This document shows positions 21,723 to 33,592 of a DNA stretch of 64,000 bases, one piece after another. The translations under genes and the position numbers were made by a program. Origin of the DNA: Tricharina praecox. Its lineage: Eukaryota. The notes under the pieces were generated by a model. That model ran no database searches. It was not told the DNA's origin and worked only from the letters and a program-made list of their open reading frames with translations. Numbering within the stretch: the stretch's first letter is position 1; each line of letters begins with the position of its first letter. Location: assembly GCF_024521635.1 (NCBI RefSeq), contig NW_026250403.1:2728001-2792000 (forward strand), given 5' to 3'.

Positions 21723-24700
21723 GGGGCTGCTGTGGTCGCAGCGCTGAGCGGAAGCTCTTGACTGGTCGCGGCGTGTCGACGCGTAGAGTGCCCCCAGGTC
21801 CGCAGGCTGATCTGATCTGATCGTCCGTACTCTATCACGCGCTGCCACTGCACGACGATCCTGCCCAGCCGGGCATAAGCTTCTTCGCCTCAAGCTTCTT
21901 CGCCCCAAGTTTCAAGCTCCAACAGTGGTGCCGAATGCTCGTGTGTGGCGAGGGCGTCGCGAAGGGGGCTGGGTGCGTGAGTGCCAAGTGCGTGAGCGGG
22001 ATCCCAGCTCTGGATGCGACAAGTGCAGGTAGAGTATGCACACATACTGGTAGCCCCGGAGCCGGAGCCGTGCCCGTGGAGTTGGAACTGGGAACTTGAA
22101 AGTGAAAAGCTGAGGTTGTGAGACTTGGCGCTGTGACCACTGACGCTTCGTCTTCTCGGATTCGAGGATTCGGACTCGGATCTCGCTACGGACGACGACA
22201 GCGACGGCGACGGTGACAACGATGTCCCGGACTCCAACTGGAGCCATAGAGTACCGTCGGTGCTCGCTTGGCACTTGTCCCCCCCGTAGAGCACAAAGTA
22301 AGAAGAAGTACCGGTATGCTATGCATCGTTTGGATAAAGCCGCTCCCCCTCGCAGTCTCCCTCGCGAGTCGCACCCTCGCACCCTCGCACCTCTCCGGAT
22401 GCCGAAATAATCCAAATTTCCCCTCCCCCAGGCTTCAATTCGATTCACTCCCAGTCCCAGTCCCAATCACAGTTCCCATCCCAGTCCCAGTCCCAGTCCC
22501 CGGATTTTTATTATGATGGAGTAGAGTAGAGTATGTTCATTTTGTCAGCCCTCTCCCTCTCCTTCTCCCGTTTCTTCCAGAAACTCTTCCCCCCCCCTTC
22601 TCCCCGTCCCCCCGGCCCGCCCCCAACTTGACAGTTCTCCCACCTTCCCTCAAAAAGTAACTCAACCCACTCACTCACCCTCCGCCGTCCCTGGCCCAAG
22701 GTGACTAGAGTATTCTCCGTCGGTTCGGTTCGGCGTTTCACGCAGAGATGAAGATGTGCCGGTTTGATTTCGATTAGCCTCATCCCACCCTCCATCCCCC
22801 GTCCCACGGTCCACCCCCCGTCCAACTCTCCCCCCCTCCCCCCCTCCCACCCCTCCCACCCCTCCCACCCCTTCCCCCCGGTCCCCCGAGTCCCCGGTCC
22901 TCTCCCCGACAGACGGACGGGGGACGGACGGGGACCATGCGTAAGTAACTAGCCTGCAGGAAGCAGCTTGAAGAGCACGGGCCGGTTGTTGGGGTTGGGG
23001 TTTGGGGAGGGAGGGAAGGCAAGGGGAGGAGGAGGGAGGGGGTAGGTGCGGTAGATGTGCCGCGTGGGATGGGAAGGAGGGGCTACGGAGTTCCGGGAAA
23101 CGTCGTCGTCGTCGTCGTCGGTCAACTGCGAGCGAGACGAAACTTGTTGGTGAGAGTGAGTGAGACAGCGACAGAGACAGAGTGAGACAGAGATGGGGCC
23201 CTCTCTGTCGATAAGTACCCACCAGTAGTTGCCTAGAGTAGGTAGCCCGTCGACTGGTGAAGGTGAAGATGGTTAGACATTTACGGTACCCGGGGTCCGT
23301 CCACCGGGTTGGGAGAACTGGTTGGATCACTGGAACCTACTAATAGTAGTAATTAGACCCTAGATGGGTGAGAAAAAAGCGAGTGAGTGAGCGAGTATGC
23401 GGACGGTAGTTGGATGATGGATCGTGCCCATACCCGTCCGACTACCTATCCACCTACATACCTGGTAGATAACTATCCACGATCGCAGGGTGCTCTACGT
23501 ACTCTACATAGATAGAGTATCCAATGGTCCTCTACTCCATATGTAGGCCGTGTGGAGTCCATCCGTGAAATTGTGGGCCATAGGGATATATCATATCGCT
23601 GAGTGTCCGAGTGTCCGAGTGTCCGAGTGTCCGAGACGTCGATTCCGATCTCCAATCGTCTTTCGGAGGAGTGCACGGAAGCCCAATTACATCGATCTGA
23701 TCTGATCTGATCTTATCCACCATCTTTATCCTACACACATACCGCTCCTCTCATTATCTATGGTGGCAGACAACAGCATCTGGAGGCTGGTGTCATCATC
23801 AACGAGCCTGAAGTTCGAACCTTACCCTGCTCGTCTATCTCTACTATACCTAGACTGTGACGAATCATCATTCCACCGGCCAGACGTTTTGTGATGGTGT
23901 TGAATCTGGGAGTAGAGTATTGTACATACACAGAATGAGCGCCAGGTGACCACTATGGTACCGGTAGTTCGAAGTAAATGAATCCAGACGAGTGTTGTGC
24001 GGGCGATGGTTATCTACGAAAGTAAGCACCCAAACAGGTTGATTTTTCCCCATAACAACCACTGTTATAAGGTAGGTAACCCAGCCGTACCGTGGACGCG
24101 ATGAAAGACCTGATCGCTGTAGAGTGCAATGCATACCTTGGTGGATCAATTGCGTCCGTTGACTCTACCTACTTTCGCCCCCGAGCCATGTATATATGTA
24201 TTGTACATACATTGTGCTTCCAAGAAGCTGCTGACTAGACCGTTGTGATACCTAGCTCACGGTCATATGTCCTACTCGCAACACGTGTGTCCAGAAAGTT
24301 ACTTTCCCAGTGGGCGCCGGAGAATCTGGAACTTCTACATACATAGGCCGGTGGCAAGTCATGAGAAGTAACTCGTGAGTACATAATGTATGCGGACAAA
24401 ACCCTGGCGTTATGTAGGAACTTGGTCCTGGCTGGCTCACGCATATGTACTATCCCCTACATGTCCGGGGCGGGAGTATAACTGTTGCACCTCACTAGCT
24501 TGACCCAATGTGGATTGGCGCAGAAAGGTTGGCAATGAATGATATCAAAAGCATTCGGCGAATGAGCTCTTCCGCAAAGCAACATGTGTGAATTAGCACA
24601 AACAGGCTCTCCAACATTATGTATCTAGCAGCGTATATTCTCACTTCCCTTCGCCCGAAGCTTTTCTAAACATTTGACAGTGTACCTAGCACCTGGTAGA

Positions 24701-26148
24701 GTCCGCCGCCGCCCTCGGTGTGGTAGTAGAGTCTGCCACCGGTGTAGTAGTATTCGCCGGTGGCCTGTCTGCAACATGGCTGCCTTTTTGTAACTCAAGT
24801 CCCGGCCCGATGGCCTCTGTATCAGCGCTGTTGCCATTTCTCTGGTATTGGAACCGCGGATGTCTGAAGGACCGTGGGTCAGAGGTGGCGACGGCGACTG
24901 TCATAGTAGCAACCGTGACTGCTACCAGCACAGCTGCAACCAAACTAATCGAGATAGTGAGCCGTGTGGTTGTGTAGACGCACTGCCGCCTCCTAGACGG
25001 GCCTAGTCGGGCATACTTTGCAGTGCAACAGGTATACTCCCGCCCCGGACATGTAGGGGATAGGTATGGGGCTCGGGCTGAGAGCCTGAGGCTGGTACTC
25101 GGTTGGATTCGGCTCGCGCTTGATACTGCCGGTATGGGGGCAGTGATACTAGTGAGTGACGGTACTATTCTGGGGAAGAGAAAATACCTACCTAGCTTAG
25201 AGTGAATGGTACAAAGATAACATCAGACGACGGCACCATAACGAAGAATCAAAGAACTACATATAACAACATCAGTGATGCCCATGTTCTTGCATGTATA
25301 GTACCCATATGGCCGGGAGGCTGCCATAAGGTCGAGGACGGAAGACCCGTAGCGCAGATCAAGTCCGCCACGAGACTGGCTGAGCAGTTGCCGTTTTAGC
25401 CGCTTATACATAATAGGCGCTGTTTGCGCGATGCCCGTCGACGACCCCCGACTCGACGGTTCGCCCCGCCCACGAAAACAAAACAAAACAATCACTCGAC
25501 TGAGCAACTATGCAGTACTCTGCTGTAGAAAACCAAAAAAGAAACAAACCGAAACGCGGCTTTAACCGCAGCAAAAGAGCGTCCTCCCCAAGGTTGCTAG
25601 CCTTGTACAGCCGATGGACCTTGGGCGTGCACCCTCACCACCTAGGAAATTCGCTACCACTGAGCCATGATCACTGCCTGGTGTTTTCGCTGCTCGCGGA
25701 ATTATGAACCCGCAACTCCGCAACTCCGCAACTCCGCGACTCCGCGAGGCGTCGATAACCCACTATATACATGCACGTAAACATTGTAATCCCTTGGACA
25801 CGTGCAGCAGCCCACGGCAATATGTACGCAGAGAACTCCGGAATACATACAAGATTGCTGAATGGTAGCGCACTCTCTCCTTCTCCATATCTTCGCTCAC
25901 CATTGTATCCCGCCACATGCACTTTTGCGGAGAGATATTGCTGTACCAATGTGCTACAATGCCGACCTTAAAAAGAACAGAACAGAACAAAAAGTCTTCT
26001 CGTTGCCGTCGGATACCAGAGATAGCGAGAGAGGGAGAGAGGGAGAGAGGGAGATAACATCGATTTATCTTGCATACAGCCATTTCGAACTAGGTACGGC
26101 AAACCAAACCAACGAACCTTCTCCGCCCGCCAGAGATACCTACCGAGA

Positions 26149-26246
26149 TTTTTTTTGGTTTAATCATTGATGATTGATTGCATGTGACCTGGTTAGATCA
26201 TGGTAATAGACACATGGCATCGACTCCATTTCCCTGCCGCTGTCCA
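26149..26246 (-). mobile_element. Retroposon-like 3' end, copy 2, with an A8 tail on the minus strand
   Basis: T8-GGTTTAATCATTGATGATTGATTGCATGTGACCTGGTTAGATCATGG is nearly identical to 14611-14651. A TTTCC...GCTGTCCA block is shared with the 58949 copy. Confidence 0.55.
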
Positions 26247-27548
26247 ACAACCCGACTTGAAAGTTGATATTACGAGTCGAAAAGTGGACTACATTCCTGG
26301 ATAACAACCGTTATCTACCTCAAAGAATTGCAGGCCGCGAGCGGTATGTAGCTGACACCATCGGTGAGTCGACCTAGCTTACATACTCCATTGTGTGTCT
26401 GAGGTGGCAAGTAAGTATGCACTTGGATTAGTTGCTTATCCCGGCCTCTTGCTCTGTTTTCGTGATACTCATCGATCGATGGTTTGCCTTCCTCCCCACA
26501 AAATTCTCTGATTGCTGCTGGTCCGGTAGAATCCGCCGCGTAGTAAGTTGTTGTTGTCCAGTTGGTCTCCTGGTTCCCACTGCAAACGTCCCCCATGTTT
26601 GCATGCCCACGTCGTCAGTCGAGGTACCTATCGAGAACCAAGATGTGGCGTATGGACGATTGTTGGTGCACTTCTTTTCGATCCCGGTGATGTCGTCCTT
26701 CCTGATGCTGGTCGGATGGTTCCTTTCTTTGTGGAAAGAAGATTACCTATCAAGAGTGGTATTGGTGTTGGTTTTGGTGATGGTAGTGAGAAAGAAGAAG
26801 AGGAAGAGGAAGAGCAAGAGGAAGAGGGAAGAGGAAGAGAAGGAAGGAAGGTGAGTAGAATGTGTGCGGAAGAAGAAGAAGCCCTAACTAGGGCTTAGAA
26901 CGACCCTTCAAAAGGTGAGACCTACGTTCCAAGCTAACCGACGGCGATACCTATAAAATCATCCCTCTTCCTCCATCCCTCTCTCCTTTCCTTTTCCTTC
27001 TTCAAGCACAGGCATAAGCAAAGCACAACAGCAGTGGCATGAGCAAAGAGCAAGGGCGAGCTGAGCCAGATGATGGGCGAGGAGCTGAGCGAAGAGATGA
27101 GCGAGGATACTCTTTCGGTGGCAGGACGAGTAGCAGTTGGGGTAGACGGTATCCGACAGGGCGAGTAGCTGGGGTAAAATTATGTACCTACGATCACTCG
27201 GTCGTGTGCTGAGTCTTCGTCACGGTAGTTATTGCTACGCTGTTGGAACTTGCAAGAGTGGTCTCGAAGCAAGATGGGACATCGGGGGCTGATATAGAGA
27301 AAAGAGGAAAGAGGACTGACGTGCTCGCGATCGAGCTAATCACTCGATATCACTCGATCCGGAATTGAAGATGCCCTTAATAGGATGCACAAAAATGGGG
27401 TTGTAATCATCATTGTCCTGTGGCAAGAAGGAGACCATGACCTTGCAGTATATTTACCGCCGTCATCATGGTTAATTACACGTTCCACCTGCAGTGATAT
27501 ACTTCTGGAGCATGGCCCTCTAAACACCTGGGTACCCAATATATTCCT

Positions 27549-29408
27549 CTATACTTCAGTATCCTCCTCATTCCTGACCAACAACCCCTTATCCGCCAAA
27601 AACTCCTTAACCTGCTTAACCGTGTACTCACCACGATGGAACTACTCTCGTCAGCACGCACGCCCACCCCAATCCCACCATCAAGACCAAGGAAAGAAAA
27701 GAAAAGAAAATACACATACCATTCCGGCGCCCAACGCCGCATCCGTAGTCGTCTCTTCAAATACCTCCCTGAAATGATCGGGATTACCTGCGCCACTGGA
27801 GGCGATGACGGGGATTCTAACGGCGTTCTTGACAGCGCGGATAAGCTCCAGATCGAACCCCGAGTTCGTGCCGTCCTTGTCGATGCAGTTGAGCAGGATC
27901 TCTCCGGCGCCCATGGCCTCGACCGCTTTGACGAGCTGCTGGACGTCCATGTCGCGGCCTTCGCGGCCGCCCTTGATCGTGCACTGGTACCAGCAGTACT
28001 CCTCGCCGTTTGGGCCGGGGAATGCCGTCTTGATCGTGGTGCGCGCCGTGGCGGAGGGGGCGGCGACGTAGATGCGCCGCGGGTCGACGGATACGACAAC
28101 CGCCTGGTTGCCGTATGCTTGCGAGATCTGTTCGATCGCGGTGGAGCCGGCGAGTTGCGAGCCGCGGGCGTAGTACTCCTCTGCGGCGGTGACGGCGTCG
28201 CTGCCGATGGACACCTTGTCCGCGCCGGACTTGAAGTACATCGTGGCGATCTGCAGGGCGGAGACGGTCGAGCCGTCGGTGTCGATGACGTCGCGGATGC
28301 CGCCGCCGATGGTGAGCGGGACGAAGACCGTCTTGCTGGTCTGCCGCAGGACTTCGAGCATGGGCAGGTCCTGCACCGGGCAGTTGCGGAACGACGTGAT
28401 GTTCAGGAATGTCACCTCGTCGGCACCGTCCTCGAAGTACTTCTGGGCCATCTCCACGGGCTTGCCGAGGTTGCGGACTCCCCCGCCTGCCGCCTTCTCC
28501 CGGACATCATACTGATCGCCCTTTGTCACCACCAAATCCCCCGCGTCGTTGGTCCGCACGTCGAGACACGCGATGACCCTGCGAGTCAACCCGCCCTCCG
28601 CATCCTCATTGACCCTCGTCGCCGTCCCCACCAACGGCGCGAGCCTTTGCTGCGCCAGGAACGCCTTCAGCACCGCCAGTCCCGCATACCCACTCTTCTC
28701 TGGATGGAACTGCGTAGCAAAGACGTTTCCCTTTGAAATCGCACCCACAAACTCCTCATCGCCGTACTTCGCGGTGGCGACATCCCAACCGTCGAGGTCG
28801 TTATCGATCTGTTTCGCGTACGAGTGGACATAGTAGTACTTCGCATTCCGTTTCAGGCCGAACAGGGACTCGTCCGTGATCGTGCGCGTAGCGGCACTGT
28901 TCCAGCCGATGTGCGGGACCGACTTGGTGGCGCTGTCGAACAACCGCAGCGTGCCCGGGATGACGCCGAGGCCCGCGTGCGTGGCCGACTCTTCCGACCC
29001 CGCGAAAAGCGCTTGCATACCAACGCAGATCCCCATGAATGGCTTCCCGGACGCGATGAACGCCTGCAAGGGCTCCACGTACCCCGCCGCTGACAACGTC
29101 GACATGCAGTGCCCGAAGTGCCCGACGCCGGGGAAGATCACACGCTGGACGGGCGGGGTTAATGCTGTGCCGTGCCGTGACATTGGGCGAAGCGGGGAGT
29201 ACCTCAGCCGTCTCGAGATCGGAGGGGCTCTTGACCCATTCTACCGTGTAGCCTACTCGTTCGATCGCATTGACGAGGGACCGGATGTTGCCGCTGGTTT
29301 GTGCGATTTGCTGTCAGCGATTTGCTTGCCGGTCGGCTGCGGAATTGAGAGAGAAGAGGAGGAGAAGGAGGCTCACGCTACGGTGTCGAGGAGGTGGACC
29401 GTAGGCAT
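27549..29408 (-). CDS. HIS7: Bifunctional imidazole glycerol phosphate synthase (HisH-HisF), exons 29408-29377, 29293-29203, 29144-27720, 27641-27549
   Basis: Motifs include [19 protein letters not shown], catalytic [59 protein letters not shown] and C-terminal GAGM|FHRGEY. The introns are canonical and all phases join. Confidence 0.97.
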
Positions 29409-29475
29409 TTGGGCTGGCTGGCTGGCGGGCGATTCTCGTTCGGTGGAGACGGTTGGTGGTTTTGTTTATCTGCTA

Positions 29476-29481
29476 TGACTC
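29476..29481. promoter_or_regulatory. Possible Gcn4/CpcA (cross-pathway control) site TGACTC upstream of HIS7
   Basis: ATGACTCG lies ~70 bp upstream of the HIS7 ATG, with a second TGACTC at 29870-29875. A hexamer like this can occur by chance. Confidence 0.3.
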
Positions 29482-30204
29482 GCTGGTGGAGGTAGAATGC
29501 TTGTCTAGCACCCCTCATTGAGCCCTGCCCCGCCATGCAAGAGAAATTTTAGAGCCTCCGCGGGTCCACCCCCACCATGTGGGCCGGCGGATCACGACAT
29601 GTCATCCATCGAGGTTGAGCCGACTGTCGCACAGGAGTGAAATAGAGGACGCGGGGTCTGAAATCCAGCATACCGCTTTGGTACATGGGATGTTACATCG
29701 CGATTCGAACGAGTGTCTACATACGAATGTTTGCGCCTTACTTCCGTAGCGAGACGTGCATAGGTCCTCTACACTACATGCTCATGGACTATTAGATCCA
29801 TCGCGATATCGCTCCCCAATTGCTCCCTGGGGGCATCATGGTGAATCCGATGAGATCTCAGCTCTCGTCTGACTCTCCACTATTCCATCACGTGCTCGTG
29901 CTGCTATTCATAGAGACGCACTCGAAAATGGGGCGTCGGTCAGCATCCATGATCCGACGCATGCGCATCTCGTATCATAGCGGCCCATTTCCCCGCACCC
30001 CGCACCCCACGATACATAAAAGAGCTATTAAGAAGCTTCTACAACCTTATATGCGGAAACATTGACACCTGACCCTGAAATGGGGTGGGTGTGGCTGAGT
30101 AATATCGCATGAGGAACACACCAAGGGCCGGAGCTTGGAACATGTGGTGTACTGAGATCAATCTGGGTTGTCGCAGGAAATTCAACTGGTTCGCTGCGAG
30201 ACAT

Positions 30205-31649
30205 CTATTCGCATTGAAAGATTGGAGAGACCACCTGAGTGCAAACGTGTCTATTGGGAATCCTATCATCCAACAACACCGTCCTTCGGCTTTCAGGCTG
30301 TTAGATGATGAGATCACCTGGATCAACAGCAAGGCTACCAACTTACCGGATGATATTGCCTGAGTTTGACACCACTGTCCTTGAGGATAGCCGCAGTCTG
30401 GATACCGTTCAGTCAGTTTGGCCACGTGACATGTAGTGGAAGCGTGACTTTCCTGAGCATCCATACTGTATCCTTGGTAGTAAACGACTTCCGAGATACC
30501 CACCTGGACAATCTTGATGCTGCAAGTGAGGCACGGACAGCTAGGCGGGTGTGTTAGTCCGCCAACAACCGGTCATCCCAAGACGGGGGTCACATACGTA
30601 TCGCAATACAAAGTTGCGCCGGCGCCCACTCTCTCCCTCCCCGCTTCCAGAAGCGCATTCTCCTCGGCGTGGAGGCACATGCAAGCATCCAAAGCGGTGC
30701 CGCCTGCAGAGCCACCGTTGCATCTCGCGCAGCCTCCCTCGTTACAGTTCTTAAGTCCCCTTGGAGCGCCATTGTATCCGGTGGCGATCACGCGCTTCTC
30801 GCGGACCAGCACACATCCCACACGGCGCTTCATGCAATTGCTCCTCTTTGCCGCCAGCGAGGCGAGCTGCATGAAATACGCATCCCATCCGGGCCGCAGC
30901 CTCTCGGAGTCGGTGAGGTTGAGATACACTAGTTTGCGGTGGAGGGCGGCGAGAGAGTTGTCGAGGTTGACCAGCTTGATGGTGGCTCGGTCGACAATGC
31001 CGATGATGCCCGTGACCGGGTCGTACATCTGCTTGTCTGAATGACGGAGGAAATCCTCGAGAGCTATCGACGGTGCGCCGGTAGCCTCTCGTCTGGAGAT
31101 GGAGGGTATATACGTTTCAGCAAATCTGGCTCTACTGGGGAGCAATCGCTTGACACCAACCTTTTCACGCACCGCGCCCAACGCACACAGACAGGCGCGT
31201 CGACACCGATCAGGATGAAGAACGGCCGAGTCGACAGCTCGTCCAGCACCTTCTTGTCCTTGATGGCCGTGAGAACGAAGCGCTGCGTCCATCGCGGCGT
31301 GATATAGTCCATCAAGTCTTGAACATTATTGAAGGAGATCACGCCAGGATTCGGACTGACGTCCGGTGTTGGACTGCCGTCGTCGTCTTGCTCTTCGACC
31401 AACACCAACTCGGTGAACTCCAGAACATCGACGAGAAAAGTGGCAACCGCACGTTTTCCCGCGCACAGACCTGGATGCGGGGGGTGCACACCGTTAGCAG
31501 CTGTAGTGGCGCTTTTCCAACGCGGTTCGATTCGAGTGTTTTTTCTTCGGCACAGGCTCGGCAGGTCCTCGCTCTCTCGCTCTCTCTTGTTCTCTCGTTT
31601 TCTCTCGCTTCAACCGAAGTCACTCACCTCCACAGAGACCTATGAGCAT
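30205..31649 (-). CDS. DCD1: dCMP deaminase, exons 31649-31628, 31470-31161, 31092-30598, 30540-30453, 30397-30347, 30297-30205
   Basis: MLIGLCGGLCAGK forms a P-loop-like N-domain. Further motifs are RPGWDAYFMQLA, RSNCMKRRVGC, ATGYNG, the Zn motif HAEENAL...CPCLTC, and TAAILKDSGVKLRQ. Intron 4 needs a GA donor (see findings). The last exon is less certain. Confidence 0.93.
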
Positions 31650-32331
31650 ATCGAAAGATTGGGATTGTCCTGGAGGGTGCTTGCAGTTTGTGCAGGCTGC
31701 CTTGGGGAAGGGATGGTGGCAGCTTCTCAATCTAGAAGAATTCTGGGGTGGGTGGGCGGGCACTGGGTGTCGGCTGTCGAAGTTCGGGAGGCGACAAGGA
31801 TCAGTCGCATGTCAATGGGCGAGATGCGTGGAGGAGGAGGGATGGGAGAGAGAGAAGAGAGAGGGATCATCTCGACGGCCATCTCGGCCATCGCACGAAG
31901 ATTCTCCACCACCCAACCAACTGCTCGCTATGTATCTGCGCGATCTCATCTCTCCACCACCACCAACCACTGGTTAGCATCCGCGCGATCTCATCTCTTT
32001 CTCCACGTCCACAATCATCCCCCGCCACCTCCCCCCCGCCACCCACTCTTCTCCCCTCATTCCGTTTCGATGATAGAGAAGAGCGTGCGCGCGTGTAAGT
32101 CGTACAGTCAGCGCGCCCGATCAATGCAGTCCATTCCAAGGACCGTAGAATAGTAGGTATTGTTATTCGGGCCATAATAGTTACATCCACCTCGTCGAGT
32201 AATGATGAGGTTGGTTGCCCCCATCGAAGCCAATGCTCCCATCGTGTCGGCATGAAGCAGCAGCAAGCAATTGTAATGGGTATGCAAAAACAACATCATC
32301 GTGACCATCGTTCTCATTGTGTTCCGCGGCA

Positions 32332-32470
32332 CAGCATCATTGTCAGCATCATTATCGGGATCATTATCAGCGTCATTATCAGCATCATTATCAGCATCAT
32401 TATCAGCATCATTATCAGCATCATTATCAGCATCATTATCAGCATCACTCCCAGCATCATTCTCAGCATC
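32332..32470. repeat. 12-bp minisatellite (CAGCATCATTAT) ~x11 in the divergent DCD1 / coiled-coil gene intergenic region
   Basis: Perfect units in the middle, degenerate units at both edges. Confidence 0.95.
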
Positions 32471-33592
32471 GCCGCCATCACCAGCATCATCCCGTGGACC
32501 TCCCTTCCAGAATACGGGTATGCAACCTAACCAAGTACCCACCGCACACAGGACACCATTGCCCTTATGCCCCTAAACAGCGCATTCCATCCGATCGCTT
32601 GCTCGGAGCGAAGTCTCTGTGTTTCCCATTTTCATTGCAGTGACCTCTAGCAAGCATCAACTTGCATGACCTGCGTGCAGCGGTGCAGCGGAGTACATAT
32701 TCACGGCAGCACCCAGCAGCATAACTACATCCAGCAGCCTGTGTACCATCCCAGACAGCAACTGGTGCCGGCCGTTTCTGGTGTCGCCAGAGTGGCATTT
32801 GTATGGAGAGTAGCTAGTACGGCAAAACCTCATACCTGGATAGAGCAAATTGGCTAGAGAGTATACAGGCATCGCAAGTGGATGGAGGAGACACTCGAGA
32901 GTGGAATAGAGTAGTTACCGGCATCGCAGATAGATGGAGGAGAGAAAGTACTGTGGAGAGAGTACTCTAGTTCCCCGTACTTACCGTTCTTCCATATGGC
33001 CAGGCGAGGGAGACGGAACAGTAACAAAATAACAACAACACCACCACCTCCACTACCACCACCACCACCATCACCATCACCGCTACCTCGACCGGTACTA
33101 GGAGGTGCTTGCTCTAGATACTCTAGGTACTCTACTGCATCCTCGTCCTCTGCCTCCTCTGCATCCTCGCCCTCTCCCTCTCCTTCCCCCTTCTCTCTCC
33201 TCTCCCTATAAACAGCTGCTCAGCTGCTTATTCTTCTTCAAGGCCTCCTTTCGCCATTCGTCTCCTTTCTTCCCCCCCAATTATATTCTTAACGTTGTTA
33301 CGCAAAGAAGAAGAGAAAAAAAACCGCCCCCATCCCTTCCGACGCCCCTTATTATAGATACGAAAATTCCCCATATCTATAGAGTTCTTACAAAATCCCA
33401 CATCCCCCGTTGCCACGGCTTCTGTGAAGTTGTTGTCATCACAAAGACACGCCCTGCCCCTTTCTTTGGCTACCACAAAAACCAACCTCAACCCCTAGCC
33501 CAGCTGCAGCACACCAGCAGCTGCAACTCCCATACGCATTGCAAGTCCCGTCCATCTCATCCACGGATCGACCGACGCACGCGTAACGCAAC

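Noticed and set aside
24625..25400. Short TM-like ORF fragments
   Set aside because: There is no ATG-to-stop model or splice support. At most this is a decayed gene.
27636..28736. 366-aa + strand ORF
   Set aside because: It is the antisense shadow of GC-rich HIS7.
32108..32643. ORFs encoding (NDAD)n, (HHYQ)n and (ASLS)n
   Set aside because: All derive from the 12-bp minisatellite, and the flanks show no coding signature.
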